This document shows positions 23,445-32,000 of a DNA stretch of 32,000 nucleotides, in pieces. The notes below the pieces were generated by a model. That model made no database searches. It was given only the letters and a program-made list of their open reading frames with translations, and was not told the origin of the DNA. Within the stretch, counting starts at the first letter, position 1. Each line of letters begins with the position of its first letter. The stretch is taken from the NCBI RefSeq assembly GCF_000009705.1, contig NC_003272.1, positions 3,750,001 through 3,782,000 of the forward strand, written 5' to 3'. The translations under genes were made by a program, and so were the position numbers. The DNA comes from Nostoc sp. PCC 7120 = FACHB-418 (lineage in GTDB: Bacteria; Cyanobacteriota; Cyanobacteriia; Cyanobacteriales; Nostocaceae).

Positions 23445-25475
23445 ATGCTTTGCTGTTTGAATCCTAATTGCTCCATGCCTCAAAACCCCGATGGCCAAAT
23501 GTATTGCCAACGCTGCAATACACAATTGATACCCTTATTAAGGGGGCATTATCGCATTATCAAGGTGCTATCGGATGAAGGTGGATTTGGGAGAACCTAT
23601 CTATCAGAAGATATAGATAAATTGAACGAATTGTGTGTAGTTAAACAATTTGCACCTAAAGTTCAAGAACATTCAGCTATGAAAAAAGCCGTTGAGTTAT
23701 TTAAACAAGAAGCTCAACGCTTGCAACATTTAGGAGAACATCACCAGATTCCTACCCTATTAGCTTACTTCGAGCAAGATAATTATCTATTTTTGGTGCA
23801 ACAGTTTATTAATGGAAACAATCTATTACAAGAATTACGTCAAGGGGTAGTTTACAACGAAAGTACAATTGTCGAATTTCTCTTAGATTTACTCCCTGTA
23901 TTGAAATATATTCATGAGCGTGGAGTAATTCATCGAGATATTAAGCCACAGAACATCATCCGCCGTCAGAGTGATGGGGGACTAGTACTAATTGATTTTG
24001 GTGCTGCCAAGCAGCTAAAAGCGACAATGCAGACTCAATTGGGAACCACTATTGGCTCACTTGGTTACACCCCAATTGAACAAATGCAGTATGGCAAAGC
24101 TTACCCAGCCAGTGATTTATTTAGTCTGGGTGCGACTTGCTTTCATCTGTTGACGGGGATTAACCCATCTAATTTGTTTGTCGAACAAGGCTACAGTTGG
24201 GTTGAATCCTGGCAGCAATATTGGAACACTTCAAATTCAGATAGGAACGAAGGTGAATATCTAGTTAAGGTTTTGAACAAGCTGTTAGAAACGGATATTC
24301 AAAGGCGTTATCAATCAGCTGATGAAGTGATGAATGATTTGATCAAGCAGCGATCGCTACTCTCAAGATTAAAAACTACAATACCAAAATCTGCTATCTT
24401 TTCAAGATCTTGGTCAGCATCAACCTCATTAACCGCGTCTACAACCAAAAAACAAGCTTGGAAATTGCTCAATGGTAGGCTCAAACAACAACTCCTGATA
24501 AATACCATGAGTGCGCTGTTAGGTTTAGTGGGTGTTGGGCATTTACAGTCTCTCCCCCAGCTAATTACTAAATTTTCCGAAATTTCTACTCAACCTTACA
24601 CTCTCAAGGGTCATGCCAGCGATGTAAATTCCGTTGCTTTTTCTCCTAATGGAGAATTCCTAGCTAGTGGCAGTGATGACAAAACTATTAAAGTTTGGAA
24701 TTTAAAAAATAAACAGAAAATCCATACTCTTCCAGGTCATTCTGGATGGGTTTGGGCTATTGCTTTCTCCCCAGATGGTAAAACTCTTGCTAGTACAGGT
24801 GCTGATAAGACCATCAAATTGTGGAATCTGGCAACTGGCAAAGAAATTCGCCATCTGAAAGGGCATTCTCAGGGAGTGGCTAGCGTTGCCTTTAGTCCAG
24901 ATGGCAAGACGCTTGCTAGTGGCAGCTTAGATAAGACAATCAAACTGTGGAACCCAGCAACAGGCAAAGAAATCCGCACGTTGCAAGAACATTCCAGTGG
25001 TGTTGCTAATGTAGCCTTCAGTCCCGATGGCAAAACTCTTGCTAGTGGCAGTTGGGATAAAACAATTAAATTATGGAATCTCACAACCAGCAAGGTAATT
25101 CATACCTTGAAGGGACATTCCGATTTGGTGATGTCTGTAGCCTTCAATTCAGATAGTCAAACTCTTGCCAGTGGCAGTAAGGACAAAACGATTAAATTGT
25201 GGAACCTGTCAACAGGAAAGACCATCCGCACCCTAAGAGGGCATTCTGACAAGGTGAATTCTGTTGCCTACGTGCCAAGAGATAGCACAGTTCTTGCCAG
25301 TGGTAGCAATGACAACACAATTAAATTATGGAATTTAACGACAGGAGAGATAATTCGCACATTAAAGCGCGATTCTGGATACATTTATTCCATAGTCATT
25401 AGTCCCGATGGGCGTAATCTTGCTAGTGGCGGTAGTGCTGAGAATATTATCAAAATTTGGCCGATGAGTTGGTGA
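23445..25475 (+). CDS. Ser/Thr protein kinase with N-terminal 4-Cys zinc ribbon and C-terminal 7x WD40 propeller
   Basis: CLNPNC...CQRC. Kinase motifs VVKQF, HRDIKPQNI, DFG and GYTPIEQ. Seven repeats of GHS..V.SVAFSPDGKTLASGS.DKTIKLWN. Confidence 0.9.
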   Translation: MLCCLNPNCSMPQNPDGQMYCQRCNTQLIPLLRGHYRIIKVLSDEGGFGRTYLSEDIDKLNELCVVKQFAPKVQEHSAMKKAVELFKQEAQRLQHLGEHHQIPTLLAYFEQDNYLFLVQQFINGNNLLQELRQGVVYNESTIVEFLLDLLPVLKYIHERGVIHRDIKPQNIIRRQSDGGLVLIDFGAAKQLKATMQTQLGTTIGSLGYTPIEQMQYGKAYPASDLFSLGATCFHLLTGINPSNLFVEQGYSWVESWQQYWNTSNSDRNEGEYLVKVLNKLLETDIQRRYQSADEVMNDLIKQRSLLSRLKTTIPKSAIFSRSWSASTSLTASTTKKQAWKLLNGRLKQQLLINTMSALLGLVGVGHLQSLPQLITKFSEISTQPYTLKGHASDVNSVAFSPNGEFLASGSDDKTIKVWNLKNKQKIHTLPGHSGWVWAIAFSPDGKTLASTGADKTIKLWNLATGKEIRHLKGHSQGVASVAFSPDGKTLASGSLDKTIKLWNPATGKEIRTLQEHSSGVANVAFSPDGKTLASGSWDKTIKLWNLTTSKVIHTLKGHSDLVMSVAFNSDSQTLASGSKDKTIKLWNLSTGKTIRTLRGHSDKVNSVAYVPRDSTVLASGSNDNTIKLWNLTTGEIIRTLKRDSGYIYSIVISPDGRNLASGGSAENIIKIWPMSW

Positions 25476-25515
25476 AATTGATACGTTGCTGAAGTTTAGG
25501 GTAGCGATTACCGGC

Positions 25516-25707
25516 TCATGATGAACTCTTGCGGCAGTCTACTAAAAAGCTTAAACGCGCTCCATGCCATCCCAAGTGTGGTTTTAGTGTGTCTCGTAAT
25601 CGCTTAATCTGGTTCATAGGGGTTTCTTTGATTGTGTGGTAACTTTCCGTGAAACCCTCTCTCTGTAATCTTTGCAAGCTTTTTCTCTATTTTTGTCCTG
25701 TACAGAG
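25516..25707 (-). mobile_element. IS-end remnant (copy B) with truncated transposase N-terminus (33 codons)
   Basis: The minus strand from ATG 25617 reads MNQIKRLRDTLKPHLGWHGARLSFL... and stops at 25516. This N-terminus resembles cyanobacterial DDE (IS4/IS701-like) transposases from memory. The terminal 110 nt is homologous to 14771-14864. Confidence 0.55.
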
Positions 25708-25923
25708 AAAACAAAAATGTTAGATTGAATGTTTGCTTTGTAAGCATTCAATTATTTTGCTGCTTGATATGTAATTTTTAATATATAAATTAGTTTATTT
25801 TGTAAGCTTTCATTTTTTTTGATTGATGTATTTTCTTATCCTAAATATAGGCTGAAACCTTTACTATATAAAAATTAATAAATTGATAATTATCCTGTTG
25901 TAGTTCATGTAAATTATCTGTTA

Positions 25924-28900
25924 TTGATGGGAATATTAAAGAATAAATCCCGTTCCTTTTCCATGTTTAATTGCACAACGTCTCTCACCCCATCAGAACT
26001 GAAATCAGCGATCATTCGTGATCCCCTGATAATCAAACCGGAGACAACGGTGATGGATGCGATCGCCCAAATGAGTGGCGTGCGGGTTATGTGTGACACA
26101 GCTAAACTGGATGAAGTCCATCTAGAGGCACGATCAAGCTGCGTGTTGATAGTGGCAGCAGGGAGGCTATTAGGTATCTTCACTGAGCGAGATGTAGTCA
26201 AACTGTGTAGCCAGAGGCGTTGTTTGGAGAATTTGGCGATTCGAGAGGTGATGATTCATCCAGTCGTCACCCTACGTGAGTCTGAGTTCACCGATTTATT
26301 TTTTGCTGTTAATTTGCTCCAACAATACCGCATTCGCCACATTCCGATTCTAGACGAGCAAGAGCGGGTGGTGGGGCTGCTAACCAATGAAAGTCTGCGG
26401 CACACTTCTCGCTCTGTGGATCTCTTGCGGTTGCGTCTGGTGTCTGAGGTGATGACCTGTGAGGTGATTTGTGCTACACCAGATAGTTCGATGTTGGCGA
26501 TCGCCCAACAGATGACAGAGAATCGCGTCAGTTCTGTCATGATTGTGCAACTGGGACAGTTTCAAGACAAACCCCAGGAAATTCCGGTGGGAATTGTCAC
26601 CGAGCGGGATATTGTCCAGTTTCAGGCATTAGGCTTGAATCTGGAAACCTGTCAGGTTCAGACGGTGATGAGTTCGCCGATTTTTGCCGTGAGACCAGAC
26701 GATTCTCTGCGGTTCGTGCAGCAGATCATGGAGCAGCGTTTGATTCGCCGGTTGGCAGTGACAGGAGATCAGGGGGAGTTATTAGGCATCGTTACCCAAA
26801 GTAGTTTACTACAAGCCCTTAACCCCTTAGAGGTATACAAACTGGCCCAGATGTTGGAAGAAAAGGTGGTGAGGTTAGAGACAGAGAAGGTTCAACTGCT
26901 GGAAAATCGCACTGTTGAACTAGAGCAGCTAGTTGCAGACCGGACAGCTAGTCTCAAGGCTAAGGCGGGCCGGGAACAAATAGTGTCTGATATCTCCAGA
27001 CAAATTCGCTCTTCTCTAAGTTTACAAACCATTCTGGACACAACTGTGGAGCAGGTGCGGCAATTGCTGGGTTGCGATCGCGTCAACATTTGGTATTTTG
27101 AAACAGAGTGGGAAAGTATCGTCATGGCAGAATCTACCACATCTTCCACATCACTGCTGGGCGAACGGATTGAGGAACTCTGCTTTCAGCAACACTCTGC
27201 GGAGATTTATCGCCAGGGGCGGATTCGTGTCGTCCCAGATATCTACACTATAGAAATGACAGACTGTCACCGGGAGTTCCTGATCCGCCTCCAGACGCGA
27301 GCCAAAATTTTGGTACCCCTGCTGTGTGGCGATGAATTATGGGGTTTGCTCAATGTCAGCGAAAGCCAACACCCCCGCGAGTGGCAAACTGAAGAAGTTG
27401 AACTGCTGCAAGGGTTATCTGTACATCTGGCCATCGCCATTCACCAAGCTACTACCCACCAAAAATTGCAGGAGCAATTAATCGCCCTTCAGCAAAGGTC
27501 AGATCAACTGCGAGGGAGTGAACAGCGTTATATTACCCTCAGTCAAAACCTAGAAGCCAAAATTGAAGAACGCACGGCTGAACTCCAAGCACGAGAAGCC
27601 CAACTCCAGAAAACATCGGATCGCTTGTCTATATCTCTCAAATCAGGGGCTATCGGCTGTTGGGACTGGGACATTGTAGAGAATAACATCTTTTGGGATG
27701 AGCGGATGTACGAACTCTATGGTGTCACCAAAACATCTGATTCCCGTTTAGTCTACGACACCTGGGCAAATAGGCTACATCCCGATGACCGTGCCAATAT
27801 TGAAGTATTAGTCCAGCAAGCAATTTTAGGACAGGCAGAATACGATACTGAATTTCGTGTTATACATCCTGATGGCAGCATCCACTTCATCAAAGCCTAT
27901 GGGGTGGTGGTGCGAGATGCTGAGGGTAATCCTCAGAAAATGATTGGAGTCCACTTTGATATTAGCGATCGCAAAAAATCTGAGGAAATTATTCGCCAAC
28001 AGGTAGAAAGGGAGAAACTGCTACGAGAAATCACCCAGAGGATTCGTCAATCTCTAGACCTCCAGACCATTTTTGACATCGCTTGCCAAGAAATCTGCCA
28101 AGTGATTCAGGCTGATCGGGTGGGCATTTTCAAGTTCTATCCCGAATCCAACTTTAATGACGGCGAATTTGTAGCTGAATCTGTCGTCAAAGAATTTCCC
28201 TCAGTGATAGCAATTCGGGTACACGACCACTGCTTTGGAGAAAACTATTCCTCTCTCTATGCTTTGGGTAGGTCTTATGTGGTTGATGATATTTATCACA
28301 GTGACATGACAACCTGTCACACTGATATCTTGGCTCAGTTTCATGTGCGTGCCAATGTGATTATGCCGTTACTTTGCGGTGCTGAGTTGTGGGGTTTGCT
28401 GTGCATCCATCAGTGCGCGACAACTCGCCACTGGCAACAGTCAGAAATTGATTTTACACAACAACTTGCCACCCAGTTAGCGATCGCCATTCAACAAGCA
28501 AGTCTGGTTGAGCAATTACAGCAAGAACTTGCCGAAAGACATCAGGCAGAACTAAAGCTTACCCAAAGCAATCAACAACTGGCAATTTCTAACCAAGAAC
28601 TCGCCCGTGCCACTCGTCTCAAAGATGAATTCTTGGCTAACATGAGCCACGAACTTCGTACACCCCTCAATGCCATTCTCGGCATGACCGAAGGGTTACA
28701 AGAAGGAGTTTTTGGCATGATCAATAATAAACAATTCAAAGCTTTAGAAACCATTGAGCGTAGCAGCTCTCATTTACTGGATTTGATCAACGATATTCTC
28801 GATGTGGCAAAAATTGAAGCCGGACAGATCAAACTGGATTGCACCACAATTTCAGTAGCTAATCTGTGTGAATCCAGTCTGGTGTTTATCAAACAGCAGG

Positions 28901-29787
28901 CATTGCAAAAACGGATTCAGGTGGAAATCAAAATTCCCTTCAATTTACCTGACTTGTTCGTCGATGAACGCCGGATTCGTCAGGTGTTAATTAACCTGCT
29001 CAACAATGCGGTCAAATTCACGCCTGAGGCAGGACGCATTTCCCTAGAAGTTACTCAACTTTCCCCCGATATATCCACTGTGCAGAACTTCCTGCAAATT
29101 GCCGTGATCGATACAGGCATCGGCATTATGCAAGAGAATATCAACAAGCTATTTCAGCCCTTCATCCAAATCGATAGCGCTTTAAATCGTCAATATGAGG
29201 GTACAGGGTTGGGACTGGCATTGGTGAAGAAAATTGTCGAACTCCACGGTGGTAGGGTGGGCTTAACTAGTGAACTAGGTATAGGCAGCTGCTTCACGAT
29301 TGAACTACCTTGTATTCCCAGTACTCCCGCATCACCGGACTTGATTCGAGATTTATTAACTACCCCTACTCCAGAACTGGACTCCCCCACTGCTGATGAA
29401 GCCGTAAGCCTTGCCCCTGTGATATTGCTAGCAGAAGATAATAAAGCCAATATCAAAACATTTTCTAGCTACCTCAGCGCCAAAGGCTATGACATTTTGT
29501 TGGCAACAAATGGTCAACAAGCCATAGAACTGGCCACAATTCACCAGCCCGACTTGATTTTGATGGATATCCAAATGCCGGGAATCGACGGTCTAGAGGC
29601 AATCCGACAGATTCGCCTTGATCCTCAGTTAGTGAATATTCCCATTGTGGCACTCACGGCGCTGGCAATGACTGGCGATCGCGATCGCTGTTTACAAGCC
29701 GGAGCCAATGACTACCTAACTAAACCCGTGAAGCTCAAGCAACTGGCGACCACTATTCAACAGCTTTTAATTACAACAAAAAAATGA
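25924..29787 (+). CDS. hybrid sensor histidine kinase: 2x CBS pair - GAF - PAS - GAF - HisKA - HATPase_c - REC
   Basis: CBS-like segments (VMDAIAQM..., VMIHPVVTL..., VMTCEVICA..., VMSSPIFAV...). Two GAF-like blocks. A PAS block (WDWDIVENNIFWDERMYELYG). H-box FLANMSHELRTPLNAI. N/G boxes NLLNNAVKFT, DTGIGI, GTGLGLALV. REC ILLAEDN...LILMDIQMPGIDG...K. The start may be ATG 25927 or 25963. Confidence 0.9.
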   Translation: MMGILKNKSRSFSMFNCTTSLTPSELKSAIIRDPLIIKPETTVMDAIAQMSGVRVMCDTAKLDEVHLEARSSCVLIVAAGRLLGIFTERDVVKLCSQRRCLENLAIREVMIHPVVTLRESEFTDLFFAVNLLQQYRIRHIPILDEQERVVGLLTNESLRHTSRSVDLLRLRLVSEVMTCEVICATPDSSMLAIAQQMTENRVSSVMIVQLGQFQDKPQEIPVGIVTERDIVQFQALGLNLETCQVQTVMSSPIFAVRPDDSLRFVQQIMEQRLIRRLAVTGDQGELLGIVTQSSLLQALNPLEVYKLAQMLEEKVVRLETEKVQLLENRTVELEQLVADRTASLKAKAGREQIVSDISRQIRSSLSLQTILDTTVEQVRQLLGCDRVNIWYFETEWESIVMAESTTSSTSLLGERIEELCFQQHSAEIYRQGRIRVVPDIYTIEMTDCHREFLIRLQTRAKILVPLLCGDELWGLLNVSESQHPREWQTEEVELLQGLSVHLAIAIHQATTHQKLQEQLIALQQRSDQLRGSEQRYITLSQNLEAKIEERTAELQAREAQLQKTSDRLSISLKSGAIGCWDWDIVENNIFWDERMYELYGVTKTSDSRLVYDTWANRLHPDDRANIEVLVQQAILGQAEYDTEFRVIHPDGSIHFIKAYGVVVRDAEGNPQKMIGVHFDISDRKKSEEIIRQQVEREKLLREITQRIRQSLDLQTIFDIACQEICQVIQADRVGIFKFYPESNFNDGEFVAESVVKEFPSVIAIRVHDHCFGENYSSLYALGRSYVVDDIYHSDMTTCHTDILAQFHVRANVIMPLLCGAELWGLLCIHQCATTRHWQQSEIDFTQQLATQLAIAIQQASLVEQLQQELAERHQAELKLTQSNQQLAISNQELARATRLKDEFLANMSHELRTPLNAILGMTEGLQEGVFGMINNKQFKALETIERSSSHLLDLINDILDVAKIEAGQIKLDCTTISVANLCESSLVFIKQQALQKRIQVEIKIPFNLPDLFVDERRIRQVLINLLNNAVKFTPEAGRISLEVTQLSPDISTVQNFLQIAVIDTGIGIMQENINKLFQPFIQIDSALNRQYEGTGLGLALVKKIVELHGGRVGLTSELGIGSCFTIELPCIPSTPASPDLIRDLLTTPTPELDSPTADEAVSLAPVILLAEDNKANIKTFSSYLSAKGYDILLATNGQQAIELATIHQPDLILMDIQMPGIDGLEAIRQIRLDPQLVNIPIVALTALAMTGDRDRCLQAGANDYLTKPVKLKQLATTIQQLLITTKK

Positions 29788-30932
29788 ATCTGCCCTCTAT
29801 TCTCGTAATTGACGATCTCCCAGATAACTTTGATGTTATTGAAACCCTCTTAAGTGAGCAAGACTATACACTACATTATGTTGCTAGTGGTCAAGAGGCG
29901 ATCGCCTCCCTCAACTTATTTCAGCCAGACCTGATTTTGCTAGATGTGATGATGCCGGGAATGGATGGGATAGAAGTGTGCCAGCGAATTAAAGCCATGC
30001 CCCAATGGCAGCCAGTGCCAATCATTATGGTAACAGCCCTCACCGCCAAAGAAGACCTTGCACGCTGCTTACAATCAGGTGCCGATGACTTCATTAGTAA
30101 ACCTATCAATGCTCTGGAACTGAGGGCGCGCCTGCATTCCATGCTGAGGATTAAGCAACAGTATGACAAAATCCAAACTTTATCAAATCTCCAAACCAGC
30201 ACCATCAAAGTCTTGGAAAGCACACTTGATGAACTGCGCGGCAATTTAGCTGCTACTTTACCCCATGAACTCAATACACCACTAAATGGTATCGTTGGAA
30301 GCATCAGCATACTCATGGCAAATATTGAGAACATGGACACTGCTGAAATCCAGGAACTTTTAGGCTGGGTAGATTTATCTGCCCGTAACCTAGAAAGATT
30401 AATCAAACAATTGCTGACCTATTTAGAACTGGAATTATCAACAAACCAACAGCAAAACATTGCATCTGAGTCAACCCACTTTTCCATAGCAGCAATTGAA
30501 GCAATTTTGCAATCTCATGCTCCCAGTGTTAATCGCCGCGACGATCTCATGTTTGCAATTGAGGAAGCTGAGGTGTCAATCTCGGCTCGATATCTAACGA
30601 TTATCATCCATGAATTAGTTGATAATGCGCTCAAATTTTCCCGGAGAGGGACAACCATTAAAATCAGTAGTCAGATAGTAGCAGGAATGTTAAATGTCTA
30701 CATTCATGATTTCGGACGGGGGATGACAGCAGAACAGATATCTAAAATCGGCGCTTTTATGCAGTTTGAACGCAAAACTTATGAACAGCAAGGTATAGGC
30801 ATGGGCTTAAAGCTTGCCAAACAAACCGTCGAAAGTTATGGGGGATTATTCTCAATTTCCAGTGTCTATCAACAGGAAACAACGGTACACATTGCCTTAC
30901 CCATTGCCTATTCTAGACACTCAAGTTGGTGA
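29784..30932 (+). CDS. response-regulator receiver fused to histidine kinase (REC-HisKA-HATPase_c)
   Basis: ILVIDDLPDN...LILLDVMMPGMDG...SKP, H-box LPHELNTPLNGI, and ELVDNALKFS ... GIGMGLKLA. Its ATG overlaps the upstream stop (ATGA at 29784-29787). Confidence 0.85.
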   Translation: MNLPSILVIDDLPDNFDVIETLLSEQDYTLHYVASGQEAIASLNLFQPDLILLDVMMPGMDGIEVCQRIKAMPQWQPVPIIMVTALTAKEDLARCLQSGADDFISKPINALELRARLHSMLRIKQQYDKIQTLSNLQTSTIKVLESTLDELRGNLAATLPHELNTPLNGIVGSISILMANIENMDTAEIQELLGWVDLSARNLERLIKQLLTYLELELSTNQQQNIASESTHFSIAAIEAILQSHAPSVNRRDDLMFAIEEAEVSISARYLTIIIHELVDNALKFSRRGTTIKISSQIVAGMLNVYIHDFGRGMTAEQISKIGAFMQFERKTYEQQGIGMGLKLAKQTVESYGGLFSISSVYQQETTVHIALPIAYSRHSSW

Positions 30933-31017
30933 TCAACTAATGCGATTCCATAGGGCTTGTAGGTTCTCGACGTTAACGGTGAACCAGTTGGCTGAATACC
31001 AAGTTTTCTCACTATGA

Positions 31018-31070
31018 AGACAAACATCAATCAACTTGAAATTATCCCTCAAGTTGATTGATGTTTGTCT
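31018..31070. repeat. 22-bp perfect inverted repeat (loop 9 nt) downstream of the REC-HK gene
   Basis: AGACAAACATCAATCAACTTGA 31018-31039 / TCAAGTTGATTGATGTTTGTCT 31049-31070. No flanking T-run on either strand. Confidence 0.6.
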
Positions 31071-31215
31071 GATTGCTCACGATAAGAAAAGAGTGACATC
31101 ACTCCGACCTAAAGGTACGGAGCTTCTAAGAATTCTTCTGAATTCACCCCAACGCCGCAGTCCAAAATAAGCTAAAATGCAAGCAGATTAAGCATTTCGC
31201 CCTCATTAATCCCCC

Positions 31216-31956
31216 ATGTTAGAGACTCTGCAAACCCAAATTTACCAGCTAGAAAAATTTGCTAACACCCTTGTCTCTTACCAACTGACACACCTGAGTT
31301 TGCTGAGTATTGGGATCATTTTTGCCGCAGGGTTACTCACTAGCCTCACACCCTGTATGCTTTCCATGCTGCCAATTACTATTGGCTACATCGGTGGTTA
31401 CGAAGCCAAAAGTCGTTGGCAAGCAGCAGCCCAATCAACTTGGTTTGCCTTGGGATTGGCGACTACCCTAGCAGGACTAGGCGTGGCGGCTGCAATGGTT
31501 GGCAAAGTCTACGGTCAGATAGGTATTGGTTTACCGATTATTGTCAGTATCATTGCTATCTTAATGGGGCTAAACTTACTAGAAGCCTTACCTCTGCAAC
31601 TGCCATCTTTTGGCGATACTAATTGGATTTCCCAAGACTTGCCTCCAGGGGTGCGTTCCTACGGTATTGGGTTAACTTTCGGCTTGGTCGCCTCCCCCTG
31701 TAGTACTCCTGTGTTAGCCAGTCTACTGGGTTGGGTAGCCAACACGCAAGATTTAATTTTAGGCGCCGTTTTGTTGATTTCCTATACAGCAGGCTATGTA
31801 ACCCCCTTGATTTTGGCGGGTACTTTCACAGCATCAATTAAAAAGTTGCTGGAATTGCGGCGTTGGTCTGGTTGGATAAATCCAGTTAGCGGTGCATTAT
31901 TGGTAGGATTTGGCGTATTTTCTCTAATTTCTCGGATTCCTCTAGGCAGTTTTTAA
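31216..31956 (+). CDS. ccdA: cytochrome c biogenesis thiol-disulfide transporter CcdA (DsbD-like membrane protein)
   Basis: LTSLTPCMLSMLPI and ASPCSTPVLASLL motifs. About six hydrophobic helices. 246 aa. Confidence 0.9.
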   Translation: MLETLQTQIYQLEKFANTLVSYQLTHLSLLSIGIIFAAGLLTSLTPCMLSMLPITIGYIGGYEAKSRWQAAAQSTWFALGLATTLAGLGVAAAMVGKVYGQIGIGLPIIVSIIAILMGLNLLEALPLQLPSFGDTNWISQDLPPGVRSYGIGLTFGLVASPCSTPVLASLLGWVANTQDLILGAVLLISYTAGYVTPLILAGTFTASIKKLLELRRWSGWINPVSGALLVGFGVFSLISRIPLGSF

Positions 31957-31959
31957 GCA

Positions 31960-32000
31960 ATGACTACAGACAATTCAGCCCCCACAGCATCCCCTTGGTG
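31960..32000 (+). CDS. 5' end of a downstream gene, probably cytochrome c biogenesis CcsB/ResB (truncated by window edge)
   Basis: ATG at 31960, 3 nt after the ccdA stop, reading MTTDNSAPTASPW. Assigned only from the usual ccdA-ccsB gene order. Confidence 0.35.
   Translation, partial: MTTDNSAPTASPW

Noticed and set aside
29921-30406. 161-aa minus-strand ORF inside the REC-HK gene (similarly 19659-20054, 12685-12987, 26256-26565, 28572-28754, 29190-29456)
   Set aside because: They are antisense to genes with unambiguous domain motifs, and no start or SD context or recognisable motifs support them.

Overview
The window looks like chromosomal DNA from a heterocystous, Nostoc/Anabaena-type cyanobacterium. 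Evidence: frequent HIP1 palindromes (GCGATCGC), STRR-type heptamer arrays at gene boundaries, and gene content (Ser/Thr kinase-WD40, pentapeptide-repeat protein, multi-domain hybrid histidine kinases, ccdA-ccsB). Core blocks: (i) 1-6.7 kb, two tandem Yfr1-like sRNA genes, GNAT acetyltransferase, ruvX, DUF1292/DUF3727-like protein, yqeG-type HAD phosphatase, proB; (ii) 12.3-14.6 kb, coaBC, DUF2555-like protein, esterase; (iii) 14.9-31.9 kb, pentapeptide-repeat protein, large secreted Zn-metalloprotease, DUF1995-like protein, secreted PPC-domain protein, STK-WD40, a translationally coupled hybrid HK / REC-HK pair, ccdA and the start of ccsB. The clearest accessory region is an AT-rich, HIP1-free island of about 3.5 kb (7091-10603) inserted at tRNA-Ser(CGA). 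It is bounded by a diverged copy of the tRNA 3' half, carries a tyrosine integrase and GGTTGAA iterons at both ends, and has a two-gene cargo. The cargo is a membrane-anchored 327-aa protein plus a 119-aa soluble protein that looks like a paralogue of its central region. Neither has a domain I can name, and this is my best candidate for an undescribed system. To the right of the island lie a small RHH-like gene, a hypothetical gene sharing a 13-nt upstream element with the integrase, and an Rpn-family PD-(D/E)XK nuclease. All similarity calls come from reading the translations and from memory of protein families. No searches, GC calculations or RNA folding were run.
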